A stretch of DNA of 64,000 nucleotides from contig CP000068.1 in assembly GCA_000002445.1 (NCBI GenBank), positions 1,280,001 through 1,344,000 on the forward strand, read 5' to 3'. This document shows positions 1 through 10,843 of the stretch, one piece after another. The notes beneath the pieces were generated by a model. That model worked only from the letters and a program-made list of their open reading frames with translations. It made no database searches and was not told the DNA's origin. Source of the DNA: Trypanosoma brucei. Its lineage: Eukaryota. Both the position numbers and the translations under genes were made by a program. Each line of letters begins with the position of its first letter. Positions within the stretch are counted from its first letter, which is position 1.

Positions 1-579
1 ACGACCCGGAGTCCCAACGATGATACTTATGGCGGAAACACGCTTCCGCTCCTCATTCACATCGCGACCACCGGTCAAAAGCGCGGCGGACATTACGTGC
101 TTATAACCTACAAGTTGTAGCACCTTAAATATTTGCAATGCCAGTTCACGCGTTGGACTAAGCACAAGGGCACCAATACCCATCTCCGCCTCCCATTGTT
201 CCACATACAGGAGTTCTAACAGAGGAACTATAAAACATAATGTCTTACCAGAACCTGTGCGGGCGGCCCCAAGGACGTCATAGCCTGCAAGCGCTAAGTG
301 TAATGCATCACTCTGAATTGGCGTCAGGAGCTTATATCCGCCACGCTCCAAGCCAAGTTGTGTCCGCTGCGACAGAGGCAATTGATCAAAACGCGTGTAC
401 GATATTTGTTCCGCCAGTTCTTGTTTCCCTTCATCCACAGCATCCAGCGCCGCACGCAACTCCTGGCGCTGTTTACGTAATGCCTCACCCTCAGATCGAT
501 TTAACCGAGACCGTTCCTGTCTCTCCGCCCACCGCCGCTTCCGCGCGGTGCGCTTATCCTCCATCTGCCTTTCATCCAT
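1..579 (-). CDS. ATP-dependent DEAD-box RNA helicase, Dbp4/DDX10-like (N-terminal part only; CDS continues past left edge of window)
   Basis: My own reverse-strand translation from ATG at 579..577: MDERQMEDKRTARKRRWAERQERSRLNRSEGEALRKQRQEL...FDQLPLSQRTQLGLERGGYKLLTPIQSDALHLALAGYDVLGAARTGSGKTLCFIVPLLELLYVEQWEAEMGIGALVLSPTRELALQIF...IIVGTPGR. This gives the Q-motif, motif I (GSGKT), Ia (PTRELA) and the start of TPGR. No stop occurs before position 1. First in-frame upstream stop is at 745-747. It is missing from the ORF track because it has no stop inside the window. Minus-strand polypyrimidine tract at ~650-720. Confidence 0.8.
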   Translation of the reverse strand, partial: MDERQMEDKRTARKRRWAERQERSRLNRSEGEALRKQRQELRAALDAVDEGKQELAEQISYTRFDQLPLSQRTQLGLERGGYKLLTPIQSDALHLALAGYDVLGAARTGSGKTLCFIVPLLELLYVEQWEAEMGIGALVLSPTRELALQIFKVLQLVGYKHVMSAALLTGGRDVNEERKRVSAISIIVGTPGR

Positions 580-962
580 TAACGTTCCTTTTTGTGTGCG
601 TGTGCTTTTCTTTCTTGCTTCCCTCACCCGCGCAGTCGGTTGGATGAAAGGGATGCAAAACAAAAAAAACGCTACAACAAAAATGCACCACGACGTATGG
701 GGTTTAAAAAAATAACGGGAAAAGGGGAAAATATACTCAGCGAACTATTCCCAACCACAAATAGACGCGAAACGGACACAAACAAATTCGGAGCGAGCAC
801 TCATAAACCCAAATCGATGGACACAACAAATCAAGCAGCAAAAAAAGAAAGACAATAAAAATTGTTGAATGCGGTGTCGGTATTGGGATAACTGGATAAT
901 GAAAACATAGAGAGAAATGATGCCATGCCACAAACACGGAACAAGATGTGACGACGACACGC

Positions 963-984
963 ATATATATATATATATATATAT
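963..984. repeat. (AT)11 microsatellite in intergenic region
   Basis: atatatatatatatatatatat read directly. Confidence 0.85.
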
Positions 985-1172
985 CAGTCGCTTTTTCCAA
1001 CACATGTATCGGCGGTTCAGTCACACCTTCTGGTGGAGCTAAGAGAGAATAGTGAATGAAGAAAAGATGATAAAAGATCATAGAAACCAGTAGAACTCAC
1101 AAAGCATGGCACCCGAGATCACAGCACATGCAGCATGTTCACGCAACACCACCACACGTCCATAGACATTGT

Positions 1173-2432
1173 TTAGTATGCACGATACACAATATCCATG
1201 TCGTCTAATGTATCTGATGCCAGTTCCCGTCCACGCTCAGCCGTTAACCGCTCCTCCAACTGCTCCATACGGGAAGATATGATGTTCCTTCGAAACTTCG
1301 AGAGGTGAAGACGGACAAGACTAAGCGCTCCGTGCACGTCTGCGTAGCAAGCATCCTTAAACATCCATTTTGCCACAGATTCGGAGAGTAGCAAATTGTG
1401 CACATATCCCTCACTTCCCATACTGCCACATAAGGGGCAGCGGAACAAACTGGGGGCGACACTGAGAGAATCAAAGCACTGGAGACAAAAGGAATGGCCG
1501 CATGGCCAGAAGACCACAGGATCCTCAAACAGCAAGTTACACACACGGCATGTGAGCACCTCCTCTAAGGCATCATTCATGTCGGTGAACTCCTCCACGA
1601 AGCGCTCTAACTGTCGAACCCGACCGCAGAAGACCTCCTCCTTTTCCAAAAAGCGTTGCAACCACTCAAGTTGCCGTTCTAGTGTGTCGGAAAGTATTCT
1701 GTTCTGTATAGCGATGCTACGGTAGCGAGGACCACGCGCCAGTTCCTCAGCAAACGTGCGTCCAACAGTCATATCCCCCAGTTCCTGAAGAGTACGCCAT
1801 ACCCAGTAGCGGTGGAGTAAGCTAATGCGATTGATGTAGCAAGAACGTATCTCCTCATCATTCTTCTCCACACGCTTCGTCAGTTCCTCCACTTCCGCCT
1901 CCATTGCAGTACGCTCGGTGTCAAAAACGGATGTTCGCAGTTCGAATATACGATCCAAGACACGTCCTAACAGGATCAAATGACGCGTCATCTTTTCGGT
2001 TTTACGAACCTCATGCTCCAACTTATCCTTTTGGTCCCGCGCACGGCAGGCGTATGTTGACCCGACCGCAGAGCTCTCAAAGCCTAACCACTCCATCTCC
2101 AGCTGCGCTAACCGTTGGCGGAGTGATGAAAGAGACCTCGTAAGGTCAGCCGCTATCTGTTGGGGGTGTCGCATGGATAACAGACGGTTGAGTGCCTCGG
2201 CGCCAAATGTTACAATATCCTCCTCAGGCGACTCCTCAACGGCTAAAGCGGCTTCTACTACCGAAATTGGGAGCGATGTAATTGATTGTTGGCTCGTGGG
2301 AGGGTCGGAGACAGGCTCCTTCGAAATTTGCTCCTCATATTGGGGTGGTACCTGAAGCTTAACCTTCTTCTTCAACTTTTTACCCTTTTTGGGGGGCATC
2401 TTCAATAAAAGCGCAACTCTACAAAACACCAA
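1173..2432 (-). CDS. RING-type (C3HC4) zinc-finger protein with central coiled coil; true start may be the internal Met at 2399 (MPPKKGKKL...)
   Basis: ORF-track protein contains CRVCNLLFEDPVVFWPCGHSFCLQCFDSLSVAPSLFRCPLC (RING signature) near the C-terminus and a basic KK-rich N-terminus. Same strand as neighbouring genes. Plus-strand purine tract (minus-strand polyY) at ~2640-2712 upstream. Confidence 0.7.
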   Translation of the reverse strand: MVFCRVALLLKMPPKKGKKLKKKVKLQVPPQYEEQISKEPVSDPPTSQQSITSLPISVVEAALAVEESPEEDIVTFGAEALNRLLSMRHPQQIAADLTRSLSSLRQRLAQLEMEWLGFESSAVGSTYACRARDQKDKLEHEVRKTEKMTRHLILLGRVLDRIFELRTSVFDTERTAMEAEVEELTKRVEKNDEEIRSCYINRISLLHRYWVWRTLQELGDMTVGRTFAEELARGPRYRSIAIQNRILSDTLERQLEWLQRFLEKEEVFCGRVRQLERFVEEFTDMNDALEEVLTCRVCNLLFEDPVVFWPCGHSFCLQCFDSLSVAPSLFRCPLCGSMGSEGYVHNLLLSESVAKWMFKDACYADVHGALSLVRLHLSKFRRNIISSRMEQLEERLTAERGRELASDTLDDMDIVYRAY

Positions 2433-2781
2433 GTGCCCCCCACGACTTGCAACACAGTCTGCGAGCTCCCGCGAAATATATATATATATTTATTTATTTA
2501 TTTCCCCCCTCCGTGGGCTTCTGCGGTTACGCCGCACAGGGTATGCTATAGGAATAGAGAACGGTGTTTCCTTCTGCTACAGAGATAGGAAGGACGGAAA
2601 GACGACAATTTGTATACTTCCTTTTTGATTATATCACTTGTCGAAGGCAACAGAAGTGAAAAAGGCATCCTCGGCCGTAAAGGGTCGGCCAAAAAAAAAA
2701 AGGAAATGATAATCATTGAACTGTTGGCTCTGAGCCGCACCGCAGCTCGAACATTGCAAAACCAAATACAAGACATGTGAG

Positions 2782-4065
2782 TCACATGTATTCTGCCTCA
2801 GGTGTCCACGCACCATCCAGCAAGCCAACACGACGCCTCTTGAGGCTGTAAATGCGCTCCCGCTGAATAATCGGCTCAAAACAATTGCGGCAATGGAATT
2901 CAATGGCTTTCTGCGATACGACATCACCCGCTGAATCAGCGACATCGGTATTGATAGACAGCTCCCGCAGGTGTGTAAAAACACGCGGGAAGTCGCAGTC
3001 CCCACGCATTGCGATGATGCCCAGTGATGACTTTGCAGCCCGCGACTCCTCAGCGTCTGCAGTTGCGCCCGAAGGATCACCAATAACACACGTGTCCAAA
3101 TGAGTGCGGACAAACAACTCAATAGTTGGTGGCAGCGGTGTGGGTGGTGCAATAATGGTAAACTCCAGCAGACTAACAGGATGTACGGAGTAATACGCAT
3201 TTCTCTTCACCTGATAGGTACAAACACAGGAAGACGAAAGCGCCGATGACGAACAGCCGTCGGATGTAGTCTGCCCTGTCGTGTCGTGAAGTACCGCACT
3301 TCCCTCAGCAGCACACACGGGGGGGAAAAGGCGTTCAGTGGCCACTGCACGGGGCTCCGTTAACGGCAAATGGCCCGCAACAAGGACATCGTAACGCATA
3401 GTAAAGCCCTTGAGAGTGCGCGTGAAGCTGTGCCTGTCAGCAACCGTAACCACAACAGGTCCCGAAGAAAACACATTTATATCGTTAACCACACGGACCT
3501 TCACCTCATCCGGTCGTATTTCACGTTGTATGGACGGGTAGACATCACGAGATCGGACTGCTGCCTCAACAAATGACTCCACCGACACGTGGTGGTAGTT
3601 CGACGAAGCTTCCGCCCGCCGCATGGGACAAAAGGGTGGCTTATACACGGCAAACGCACACCACCGCGAGAAGATGGTCGCATCATATAGGAGACGCAAG
3701 GACTTGGGACTAATCAAGTGCTGATTCCGCATAAAGCGTGTTTGTATCCCCTCAGGTGAAAGCGAGGCCGATACACGGGCAAGTTCGGCCGCATTGCGAA
3801 GCAGTGTCTCCTTACTGTTACTGCGCAACACATCAGTCAAACGCCGCGAAGGGGTCTTCGATGTCATGGATGGTGGAAACTTAGCCTTTTTCTTCCCTGA
3901 GCTGCTGTCAAAGACTACCGCGTTTGTGTGAATTGGGACAGTTATCCCACCCTTCGGGCTAGATAAACTACCTTTGTGAAAAGAAGAACAGAAACTAATC
4001 GAAGAACATTTATCACAGTTGTTGCAATGAGGGCAGGCGGGAGAGGATCGATTAGATGTGCACAA
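2782..4065 (-). CDS. hypothetical protein (427 aa), Cys-rich N-terminus; no confident domain call
   Basis: Long uninterrupted ORF on the unit's coding strand with non-repetitive composition. N-terminal CPHCNNCDKC motif. The C-terminal block (LDTCVIGDPSG...GIIAMRGDCDF...) could be a nuclease-like fold, but I cannot assign it reliably. Confidence 0.5.
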   Translation of the reverse strand: MCTSNRSSPACPHCNNCDKCSSISFCSSFHKGSLSSPKGGITVPIHTNAVVFDSSSGKKKAKFPPSMTSKTPSRRLTDVLRSNSKETLLRNAAELARVSASLSPEGIQTRFMRNQHLISPKSLRLLYDATIFSRWCAFAVYKPPFCPMRRAEASSNYHHVSVESFVEAAVRSRDVYPSIQREIRPDEVKVRVVNDINVFSSGPVVVTVADRHSFTRTLKGFTMRYDVLVAGHLPLTEPRAVATERLFPPVCAAEGSAVLHDTTGQTTSDGCSSSALSSSCVCTYQVKRNAYYSVHPVSLLEFTIIAPPTPLPPTIELFVRTHLDTCVIGDPSGATADAEESRAAKSSLGIIAMRGDCDFPRVFTHLRELSINTDVADSAGDVVSQKAIEFHCRNCFEPIIQRERIYSLKRRRVGLLDGAWTPEAEYM

Positions 4066-4277
4066 GCAGGTCTCCTATGCGAGCGCCTGACGGTGGACTA
4101 ACATCCAACATTGAATAATTACAACAAACGGTTAACAACAACTTTAACTTCCGCTTGTCTTTCTTCGGATATGTGGAATCACGAGAAAGATCAACTACAA
4201 ACGGAGAATGAACGGCAAAGCGCCCAGTTGACCGGCAGGAGGGTTGTGTACAACTAGCCTTCAAACCTGGGCTGCAA

Positions 4278-7200
4278 CTATGTGCTAGACTGCTCAGCAG
4301 CCTCTTGAACGAGTACGACAAAAGCATACTCGCGCGCAACTTCCTTCAGCCGCTGATATCGACCTGTCGCCCCGCCGTGGCCGACAGCAAAGTCGCAATA
4401 ATGCAAAATTGCCCTTTCAGCACAGGGTTTACCATCACACATACTTGTATTACCTCGACTGGCTCTTTCCTTCTCTCGACGCTCGCGCAAACGCGCTACG
4501 AATGCAAGGGACTCCCAATACCCAACACGGGTGTCATGCCAAGCAGTCAGCATCATGATATGTGGGAGCGCCACTCCCGGGGGAGGTATATTATCCATGG
4601 GCGAAAGCGCACGAATGATACTGTATGCCTCAGCATCTTCAAGGGGATTCCCAAATTCCTCCCACTCACTGACCGTTAGGGGAAGCGTGGGGTCAAGAAG
4701 CGTCGTGAGACAATCAACGAAAGGAACGGATGCAACGACCGCCAAGAACAAATGAGGGGCGATATTCATAGCGGCCGTCACAACAAAGCCACCAGCAGAG
4801 GCACCAGAAACCACCAATCGGCCGTCGGCACACCATCCCGTCTTTTGCATGAACGAAGCTACGCTAACGAAGTCATTCACAGTCGTTCCCCGCTGTAACT
4901 TGCGGCCCGCAACTCGCCACCCGGTCCCCAATTCCCCACCACCCCGTACGGCAGCGGCCCCCCATACAAATCCCCGGTCGAGTAGCGCCAGTCGCTCGGA
5001 CTCGAAGTCAACATCACAACATTCGCCGTAGCTACCGTAGACAGTAAGGAACATAGGATTCCCACCCCTCTCTAGAAGTGATTTCTTCCAGCAGAGATAA
5101 ACCGGGATACCTACAACATCGGAAGGCTCCTTCGTGGGCAACATTTGTAACAACAAGTCGGATCGAAAACCATAGTCCGATGGAACCCAAACAATCGTCG
5201 CGTCATAATCATCAGCACAGAAGGGCGTCCCACCAACAGGAACCTGATACAACTTCTTGACAGAAAGGGACATCTCGCCCTCCTCAACACCACCTAACGT
5301 GCAAGAAAACGTTACACTCGGGATTGTGGGATGAGCGACGACGAGGCGCCACGTTCGTGTGTCAAAAACATCATCGCCCGCGCAACTCCGCACAAAGTGG
5401 ACGCAGTCTGATTCCCCGAGTCCCCCTTCAAACTCTTGTCGCTCTTGCTCTCGCCACTGCATCTGGTAAAACTTCTCAATAGAAAAGCACACATTGCTCA
5501 CACTTACAAGCGGGTAGCAAACCACAGCCCGGAGATCGAGTGCATCGTGGCGCACCGATAGAGGCGGGAGGCAGCTGCTTCCGGAATCCCTATTGTCTAA
5601 CCAATGACTCCACAACTTTCGCACAGGAAGCAACAGTACTGTGGAAGATGCTGCTTGGCGAACACTGAGAAGCAAGTAATCTCGCCAGCACTCCACACCC
5701 TCGACAAAAATCTGAGGGTCGTATGTGAAGAGAGTTTGCCACATGGTGGATTCGCAAAGTGAAAGGTTCTGGCTTTCATCCCACAACATTTTATCATCAA
5801 GCACGTAAGCCACACGCCAATGACCGCTACCCCGCTTTAAACTGGTTATAACAATCACCCATGCACCGATGGCTTCCCCAAAAAGTGAACTGTGGTGATC
5901 AAGATCAAGGTCAACATCCTCGGCTCGATCAGTGAATCGATGTACTGCGGCACTGGCATGCCCCCCTCCAACAAAATCAGCGTTGCTGCGGGTGGTATGA
6001 ATAGAAGCGGTACGAGAAGTACTGCATGTGGGACCACCGTTACTCCGAATGTCGTCACTGTCTCCACCACTTGCAAAGCCACAGTGAACAACAGGAACAC
6101 CGCTCACCCACCGCTTCTTTCCCTCATCACACGGCATAACGTATACCTGTGTGCTACCAGAGCTGGAGGTAGTGAACATTGCAAATCTATCATCCGCAGA
6201 ATAGCACAACGAACTGACCCAAAAAGCTTCGTTGGGCTCCTCATAACAAATAACGTCTGAATGTGGGGAATCTTCATCCGCAGCGAGGTCATGAAAGATA
6301 ACTCGGTGGGAACGCATCCTACTATCAAGACCCAAGTACAGTAGCGTCGTGGAGGAAAGCCACAGCACCTCATCGGTAGCGTCGAAAACGTCAATGCGCC
6401 GTTTCACCTTGTGTGACGGAGCTGGTTTTCGACTGAATGCACTAGCCGCAAAGAAAGCGTCAGCAGAAGTTACAAAAGCGTTAGTCGACCCCCTCTCCGA
6501 ACCACCGACGCTCACATCCCCGGCACCTGAGGTAAACTGAGATGATGATGGGGCGGATTGAAACGCATCCACAATATCTCCGGTAGAAACACTTTTCCTC
6601 GAAGTCCGGGAGGTATAATCATCCGCCGCCGAAAATGATTTTGAGCTGGAATACCTTGGGAGGGCGCTCGTGGGTGAGTTGTATATGGACAGCTTTGACT
6701 GCGCCATGGCAACCGCCCAAGCGCGGCCTAACTCTGAGTGTTGGTGGAGCCACTGCTCATAATTAACATTTGTTATTTCTACAATGAATATTGTGAACAC
6801 CTCGCGGCCACTGGAACAGTCAACGGTAACCGCCAGCTGCTGCTCGTCCGGCGACACTTCCATGTCACCCAACTCAACGTAGTCGAGTCTGAGCTCGCGG
6901 GCAAAAAGATTCAAGTCGAAAAACACAACCTCATCTTCGTAAGCAGGAAGCGGTGCATGGGGGTCTTGGGCCCACAGGTGCGCAACCTCCTCCACAAATG
7001 TCCCCGAGTCCACCGAGACGGGACGACGGCAGAACAATGGATGATCGGCATTCGGCACGGTACGTGAATAGTACCAATAACTGCGGTCACGGTAAGGAAG
7101 GGATGCTTCATCTTCTTTCCATCGAGCCCGCATTTGATTATACAGCGTACGACTCAGACGCTTTCCACCATATGCGGCGAAGGCAGACTCCATATGTGCA

Positions 7201-7442
7201 TTCTCGCGCCTAAGTAGTTTCCGCACCTCCGAACTCCGTCCATCCCGCAACCAATGGTACGGATCAGTGCGGACATCGCCAAAATGCTCCATTCGGTATT
7301 CTACACGCCCATACTTGGGGGGTTGAACGATGTCGGGTTCACTATGCTCTGAGGAGGCTGACATGAAAGGGGTGAGAGACTCTCTGCCAATTCCCTGCTT
7401 CCAGTGAGTAAGAAGATATGAGATACGAGATATTTGTATCAC
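4278..7442 (-). CDS. S9A prolyl-oligopeptidase family serine peptidase, oligopeptidase B-like, with expanded N-terminal beta-propeller region (alternative start Met at 7364)
   Basis: C-terminal catalytic domain has the GxSxGG nucleophile elbow (VVSGASAGGFVV), downstream D (PHIMMLTAWHDTRV) and H (FAVGHGG) regions typical of S9 peptidases. N-terminal DPYHWLRD motif is typical of the OPB/POP propeller start. 1054 aa, which is much longer than canonical OPB. Confidence 0.8.
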   Translation of the reverse strand: MIQISRISYLLTHWKQGIGRESLTPFMSASSEHSEPDIVQPPKYGRVEYRMEHFGDVRTDPYHWLRDGRSSEVRKLLRRENAHMESAFAAYGGKRLSRTLYNQMRARWKEDEASLPYRDRSYWYYSRTVPNADHPLFCRRPVSVDSGTFVEEVAHLWAQDPHAPLPAYEDEVVFFDLNLFARELRLDYVELGDMEVSPDEQQLAVTVDCSSGREVFTIFIVEITNVNYEQWLHQHSELGRAWAVAMAQSKLSIYNSPTSALPRYSSSKSFSAADDYTSRTSRKSVSTGDIVDAFQSAPSSSQFTSGAGDVSVGGSERGSTNAFVTSADAFFAASAFSRKPAPSHKVKRRIDVFDATDEVLWLSSTTLLYLGLDSRMRSHRVIFHDLAADEDSPHSDVICYEEPNEAFWVSSLCYSADDRFAMFTTSSSGSTQVYVMPCDEGKKRWVSGVPVVHCGFASGGDSDDIRSNGGPTCSTSRTASIHTTRSNADFVGGGHASAAVHRFTDRAEDVDLDLDHHSSLFGEAIGAWVIVITSLKRGSGHWRVAYVLDDKMLWDESQNLSLCESTMWQTLFTYDPQIFVEGVECWRDYLLLSVRQAASSTVLLLPVRKLWSHWLDNRDSGSSCLPPLSVRHDALDLRAVVCYPLVSVSNVCFSIEKFYQMQWREQERQEFEGGLGESDCVHFVRSCAGDDVFDTRTWRLVVAHPTIPSVTFSCTLGGVEEGEMSLSVKKLYQVPVGGTPFCADDYDATIVWVPSDYGFRSDLLLQMLPTKEPSDVVGIPVYLCWKKSLLERGGNPMFLTVYGSYGECCDVDFESERLALLDRGFVWGAAAVRGGGELGTGWRVAGRKLQRGTTVNDFVSVASFMQKTGWCADGRLVVSGASAGGFVVTAAMNIAPHLFLAVVASVPFVDCLTTLLDPTLPLTVSEWEEFGNPLEDAEAYSIIRALSPMDNIPPPGVALPHIMMLTAWHDTRVGYWESLAFVARLRERREKERASRGNTSMCDGKPCAERAILHYCDFAVGHGGATGRYQRLKEVAREYAFVVLVQEAAEQSST

Positions 7443-7691
7443 TAGGGAAGCAAGTGAGGGGTGCCCACTTGATGGGCGGACCTACGTAAGAAATGACTTT
7501 ACAAAAATATAGACAAAAGTAGGAGTATAAAGGGGAGTGTACACCTTTTTTTTTTTTCAAAATACTGATTTTTCTCACACTGAGCATTAGGTAGAGAAGC
7601 ACATGCATTCCCGCACACCAATACCGGAACAAGCCAATAACTATAAAATTAATCGCATAAAATTTAAAAAACTTTCACACTTTATCGCTAC

Positions 7692-10160
7692 TTAGTAACC
7701 TTGAACAACCTGCCTGCGGGTGGTGGGGTTAACAGGACCAGCACCGGACCGCTTCAACTCACGACGCATTTGTCGCTTAGACATTTTCTTCGTATTCTCC
7801 ACGGCTTGCACCGCGCGAGGCGAACTCCCTCCTTTGCCACAAGGCGACGCACCTCCGATCTCAACGATCCCGTCGTCATCATCAATGATGAGTTCTACTT
7901 CACCCTCAGCATTGATGAAAACATCATCCGCAGGATCAAGCTGATGATTGGTGCGTCGCCGCCTCCGAGCTGCATTTTTCATCCCCATTAGAATACGTTT
8001 CACGTTGGCTTCAGCGTTGAGGGCTTCCTGTCGTGTAAGGGTCCCACATGCCCCTTTTGGTCGGACGTAGAACTTCGGCACCGCCATATCCGCTACGCCA
8101 TTATCACCTTCCAGGTCGCGACTTCCAACGCTGTCAGCATCGCTAAGAGCACGGTCGGCCGCCGCACGGTCAAGTGCCTCCCATGCTTCCGCGTCATAAT
8201 CATCCAGATCACTTGCGCAGCTGCTTGCGTCTTCCCACTCGTCCCCATCACCTTCTGACGCGCCATCCAAATCCGCCTCCGTAACTGAGTGGTTAGAGTC
8301 CCTTTTGCTTTTGTCAACTATAACACCTTCTTTTCCTTTGTATTGGGACACATAAGCAGCTATGTCACTCACGCGAGGGTGGTAGCTGGGTGGTGGCTCC
8401 ACGTAAAGAAGAACACCGTCCACATATAACTTCAGTATATCACGTCCCGCACGGGACCTGTTTGGCCGATCGTGCGCCCCCAAATAACCGCGACGGCGGG
8501 CCACGGCATTCAGGAGCCGTTCCATCAACGAGTGGCTCTCATCCCTGTCATCACCCGCTCTCAATGACACGTTAAACTGCTGCTCAAGTACCTGTCGTGG
8601 GATCCGCTGGCACAAAATGGCAATGGCCGCTTCCACATCGGTTGCAGTATCTATGGGAAGTATCCCATCGCATACCATCTGAGCCCGGGTAGAGGCAAAC
8701 GAGGGAAACACAAGGCCAGGACAGTCACACAGCGCAACGCGCCGCTCATTGGGAATAACAAGCGTCTGGAAGTGCTTCGTTTTGCCTGGTGTGGCACTCA
8801 CAACAACCTTTTTGCAACCTAATATGGCATTAATTGTGGACGATTTCCCAACATTGGGGTAACCAACAAGACCAACCATCAATGGCGTCTCTGTATCGGT
8901 GATGCTACATGACTTGCGCCACATGGCGAGGCGGTCCAGAAGCTGCTCCGGATCCAACACTGCCCATGGATCAAGTGAGGAGAGTTTTGACACACGGTCA
9001 TCCCTCGCCTTCTCATCTGCTGTCAGTGGCTGAGGTGGGCGGTTCAGATTCTGGGGTTGCTGTTTCCGAAGGATTAACTGCTCCTTACAGACCTTCCGCT
9101 GATGAATAAGTTGATATGGATTTGCTACTACCACTGGGGCACGAAGGGACTTCTTGTTATGACGCCTTTTCTCCTTTTTGTTTCGCATAAGCTTGGAGAA
9201 GTCCTTTTCATTGTCAACGCTGAATAAATCTTCATCCTCATCATTTCCAAGCGTGGTCACTTCTCGCTCCGCCCCAATGCCAGCGCTGCCGGTCATGTGG
9301 TCACTCGCTACACCCTCCGAACCATCATGTTCACTTTCCCCATCGACACCAGCACAATGTACTGACTCCTTTTTCTTACTATCAGATGGTGTGGCGGAGA
9401 AAAAAATGAACGCCTCCCCACGCTCTGTGAAATAGTCCGCCCACACACGACGCTGTTCCTCGGTTAGAAGATCAGACTTGTTGAGAAGGAATACAACCTC
9501 CTTAGGTTTACCTGCCTTACCCATAGTTTCTCTAACACTTAATTCAAAGTCAGCGCAACGAAACACTAGGGGATTCCTTGCATCAAGAATCATTAGAACG
9601 ATATCCGCCCGCTCCGTTACGCGCCACAACTGCCGCCAGACCTCCAAGTTCTTTTCGTACGGTGTCATAACAACTTTGTGCTTTTCCTCCAACTTTGCAA
9701 GCCGCCGCCGCCACTCAAAAAAGGCGGAGGCCTCCAGGGATTGCACCTCCTGTGCGGTCATGTCATAACTCCACTGCGGCCTGCGGGGAATAGTCAGTAG
9801 TTCGCTTATTTTCAACCAATCCACTCTGTCATCACTCAGAGGCAACACTTTGTCATTTGTCACAACATGTGGTGTTCCGTCAACGACAAGATGAAGATCC
9901 CGCGCGGCTTCGTAGCCCTTTTCTTGTGCGTCAGCAATCAACAGGAACTCCTCAAGGTTATTTGTCTCCCATATGGACTTCAGGGGGGCACCCTTGCGTC
10001 GCTGGTGTTCTTGTTCTTCCATCTCACGAACCATAGCGGCGTTACGCTCAGCCTCCATCATTTGCCGGTATTTCGTGCGGCTGCTGCGCTTAGCCGCCTG
10101 CTTGGAGCGCTGAATGCTCCTCCCCAACGATTGCATCTTCTCTGTTCTCCTTAAATGCAA
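7692..10160 (-). CDS. LSG1: circularly permuted GTPase, large-subunit GTPase 1 (LSG1)-like ribosome biogenesis factor
   Basis: Motif order is G4 (LLNKSDLL), then G1 (GYPNVGKSSTIN), then G3 (DCPGLVFPS), i.e. a circularly permuted GTPase. N-terminal L.IPRRPQW motif. A long acidic/low-complexity insert lies between G4 and G1, as in LSG1 but not NOG2. Confidence 0.75.
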   Translation of the reverse strand: MHLRRTEKMQSLGRSIQRSKQAAKRSSRTKYRQMMEAERNAAMVREMEEQEHQRRKGAPLKSIWETNNLEEFLLIADAQEKGYEAARDLHLVVDGTPHVVTNDKVLPLSDDRVDWLKISELLTIPRRPQWSYDMTAQEVQSLEASAFFEWRRRLAKLEEKHKVVMTPYEKNLEVWRQLWRVTERADIVLMILDARNPLVFRCADFELSVRETMGKAGKPKEVVFLLNKSDLLTEEQRRVWADYFTERGEAFIFFSATPSDSKKKESVHCAGVDGESEHDGSEGVASDHMTGSAGIGAEREVTTLGNDEDEDLFSVDNEKDFSKLMRNKKEKRRHNKKSLRAPVVVANPYQLIHQRKVCKEQLILRKQQPQNLNRPPQPLTADEKARDDRVSKLSSLDPWAVLDPEQLLDRLAMWRKSCSITDTETPLMVGLVGYPNVGKSSTINAILGCKKVVVSATPGKTKHFQTLVIPNERRVALCDCPGLVFPSFASTRAQMVCDGILPIDTATDVEAAIAILCQRIPRQVLEQQFNVSLRAGDDRDESHSLMERLLNAVARRRGYLGAHDRPNRSRAGRDILKLYVDGVLLYVEPPPSYHPRVSDIAAYVSQYKGKEGVIVDKSKRDSNHSVTEADLDGASEGDGDEWEDASSCASDLDDYDAEAWEALDRAAADRALSDADSVGSRDLEGDNGVADMAVPKFYVRPKGACGTLTRQEALNAEANVKRILMGMKNAARRRRRTNHQLDPADDVFINAEGEVELIIDDDDGIVEIGGASPCGKGGSSPRAVQAVENTKKMSKRQMRRELKRSGAGPVNPTTRRQVVQGY

Positions 10161-10843
10161 CTGCTAAACCCGAGGTCCTTCTCGTTCGCTTTCCCCTTTT
10201 TCTTTCCCCTTTACACCACTTTGTTTATTTGTTTTTTTTTACTGTGGCTTTCTGCCACTAATATCCTACGCCTCCCCACACTTTTCTTCCTCGAGGAGCC
10301 CTGTTTTTGAAAAAAAAACAAAAAGACTGGTGCCAAGGCGTTTCCAAGAAGATAATACGAAAAGCAACAGGGCAGATCAACCAGGTAAAGGAGATAAACA
10401 GAAAACAAAAAGGTTTAAGAGTTTTCCCCGACGGTATGGCAAGGCCCCAGATATAAATGACGTGCAAGCACCCAAGGGAAAATTAAGGGACACAGAATGT
10501 GGCAAAGAAAACAGGGAACGAATCGGCATGAAGGTTACACAAAACAGCGCAACGCGGGTGATAACGAAACAACAGTTGCCCCAAACTTTTCTTCATTTTA
10601 TTATTTCCACTCCCTTTCACACCATAACAAGACGTACACTGAGCCTACAACTGCTTCTCATATCATGTCCACCGACTTCCACCATTCAGCCACGGTAATA
10701 AATGAAAGTAGTAATAAATGCACAAAAACAACCCTCGCCACAACAGTCAAGGCAGTTATTGGTTAGTGTTGCCACTGTGTGAGAACACAAATGTATATCC
10801 CCTCGCGTTTACACGAGTTCCTCTAACTCAAGTAAACTGGCGG

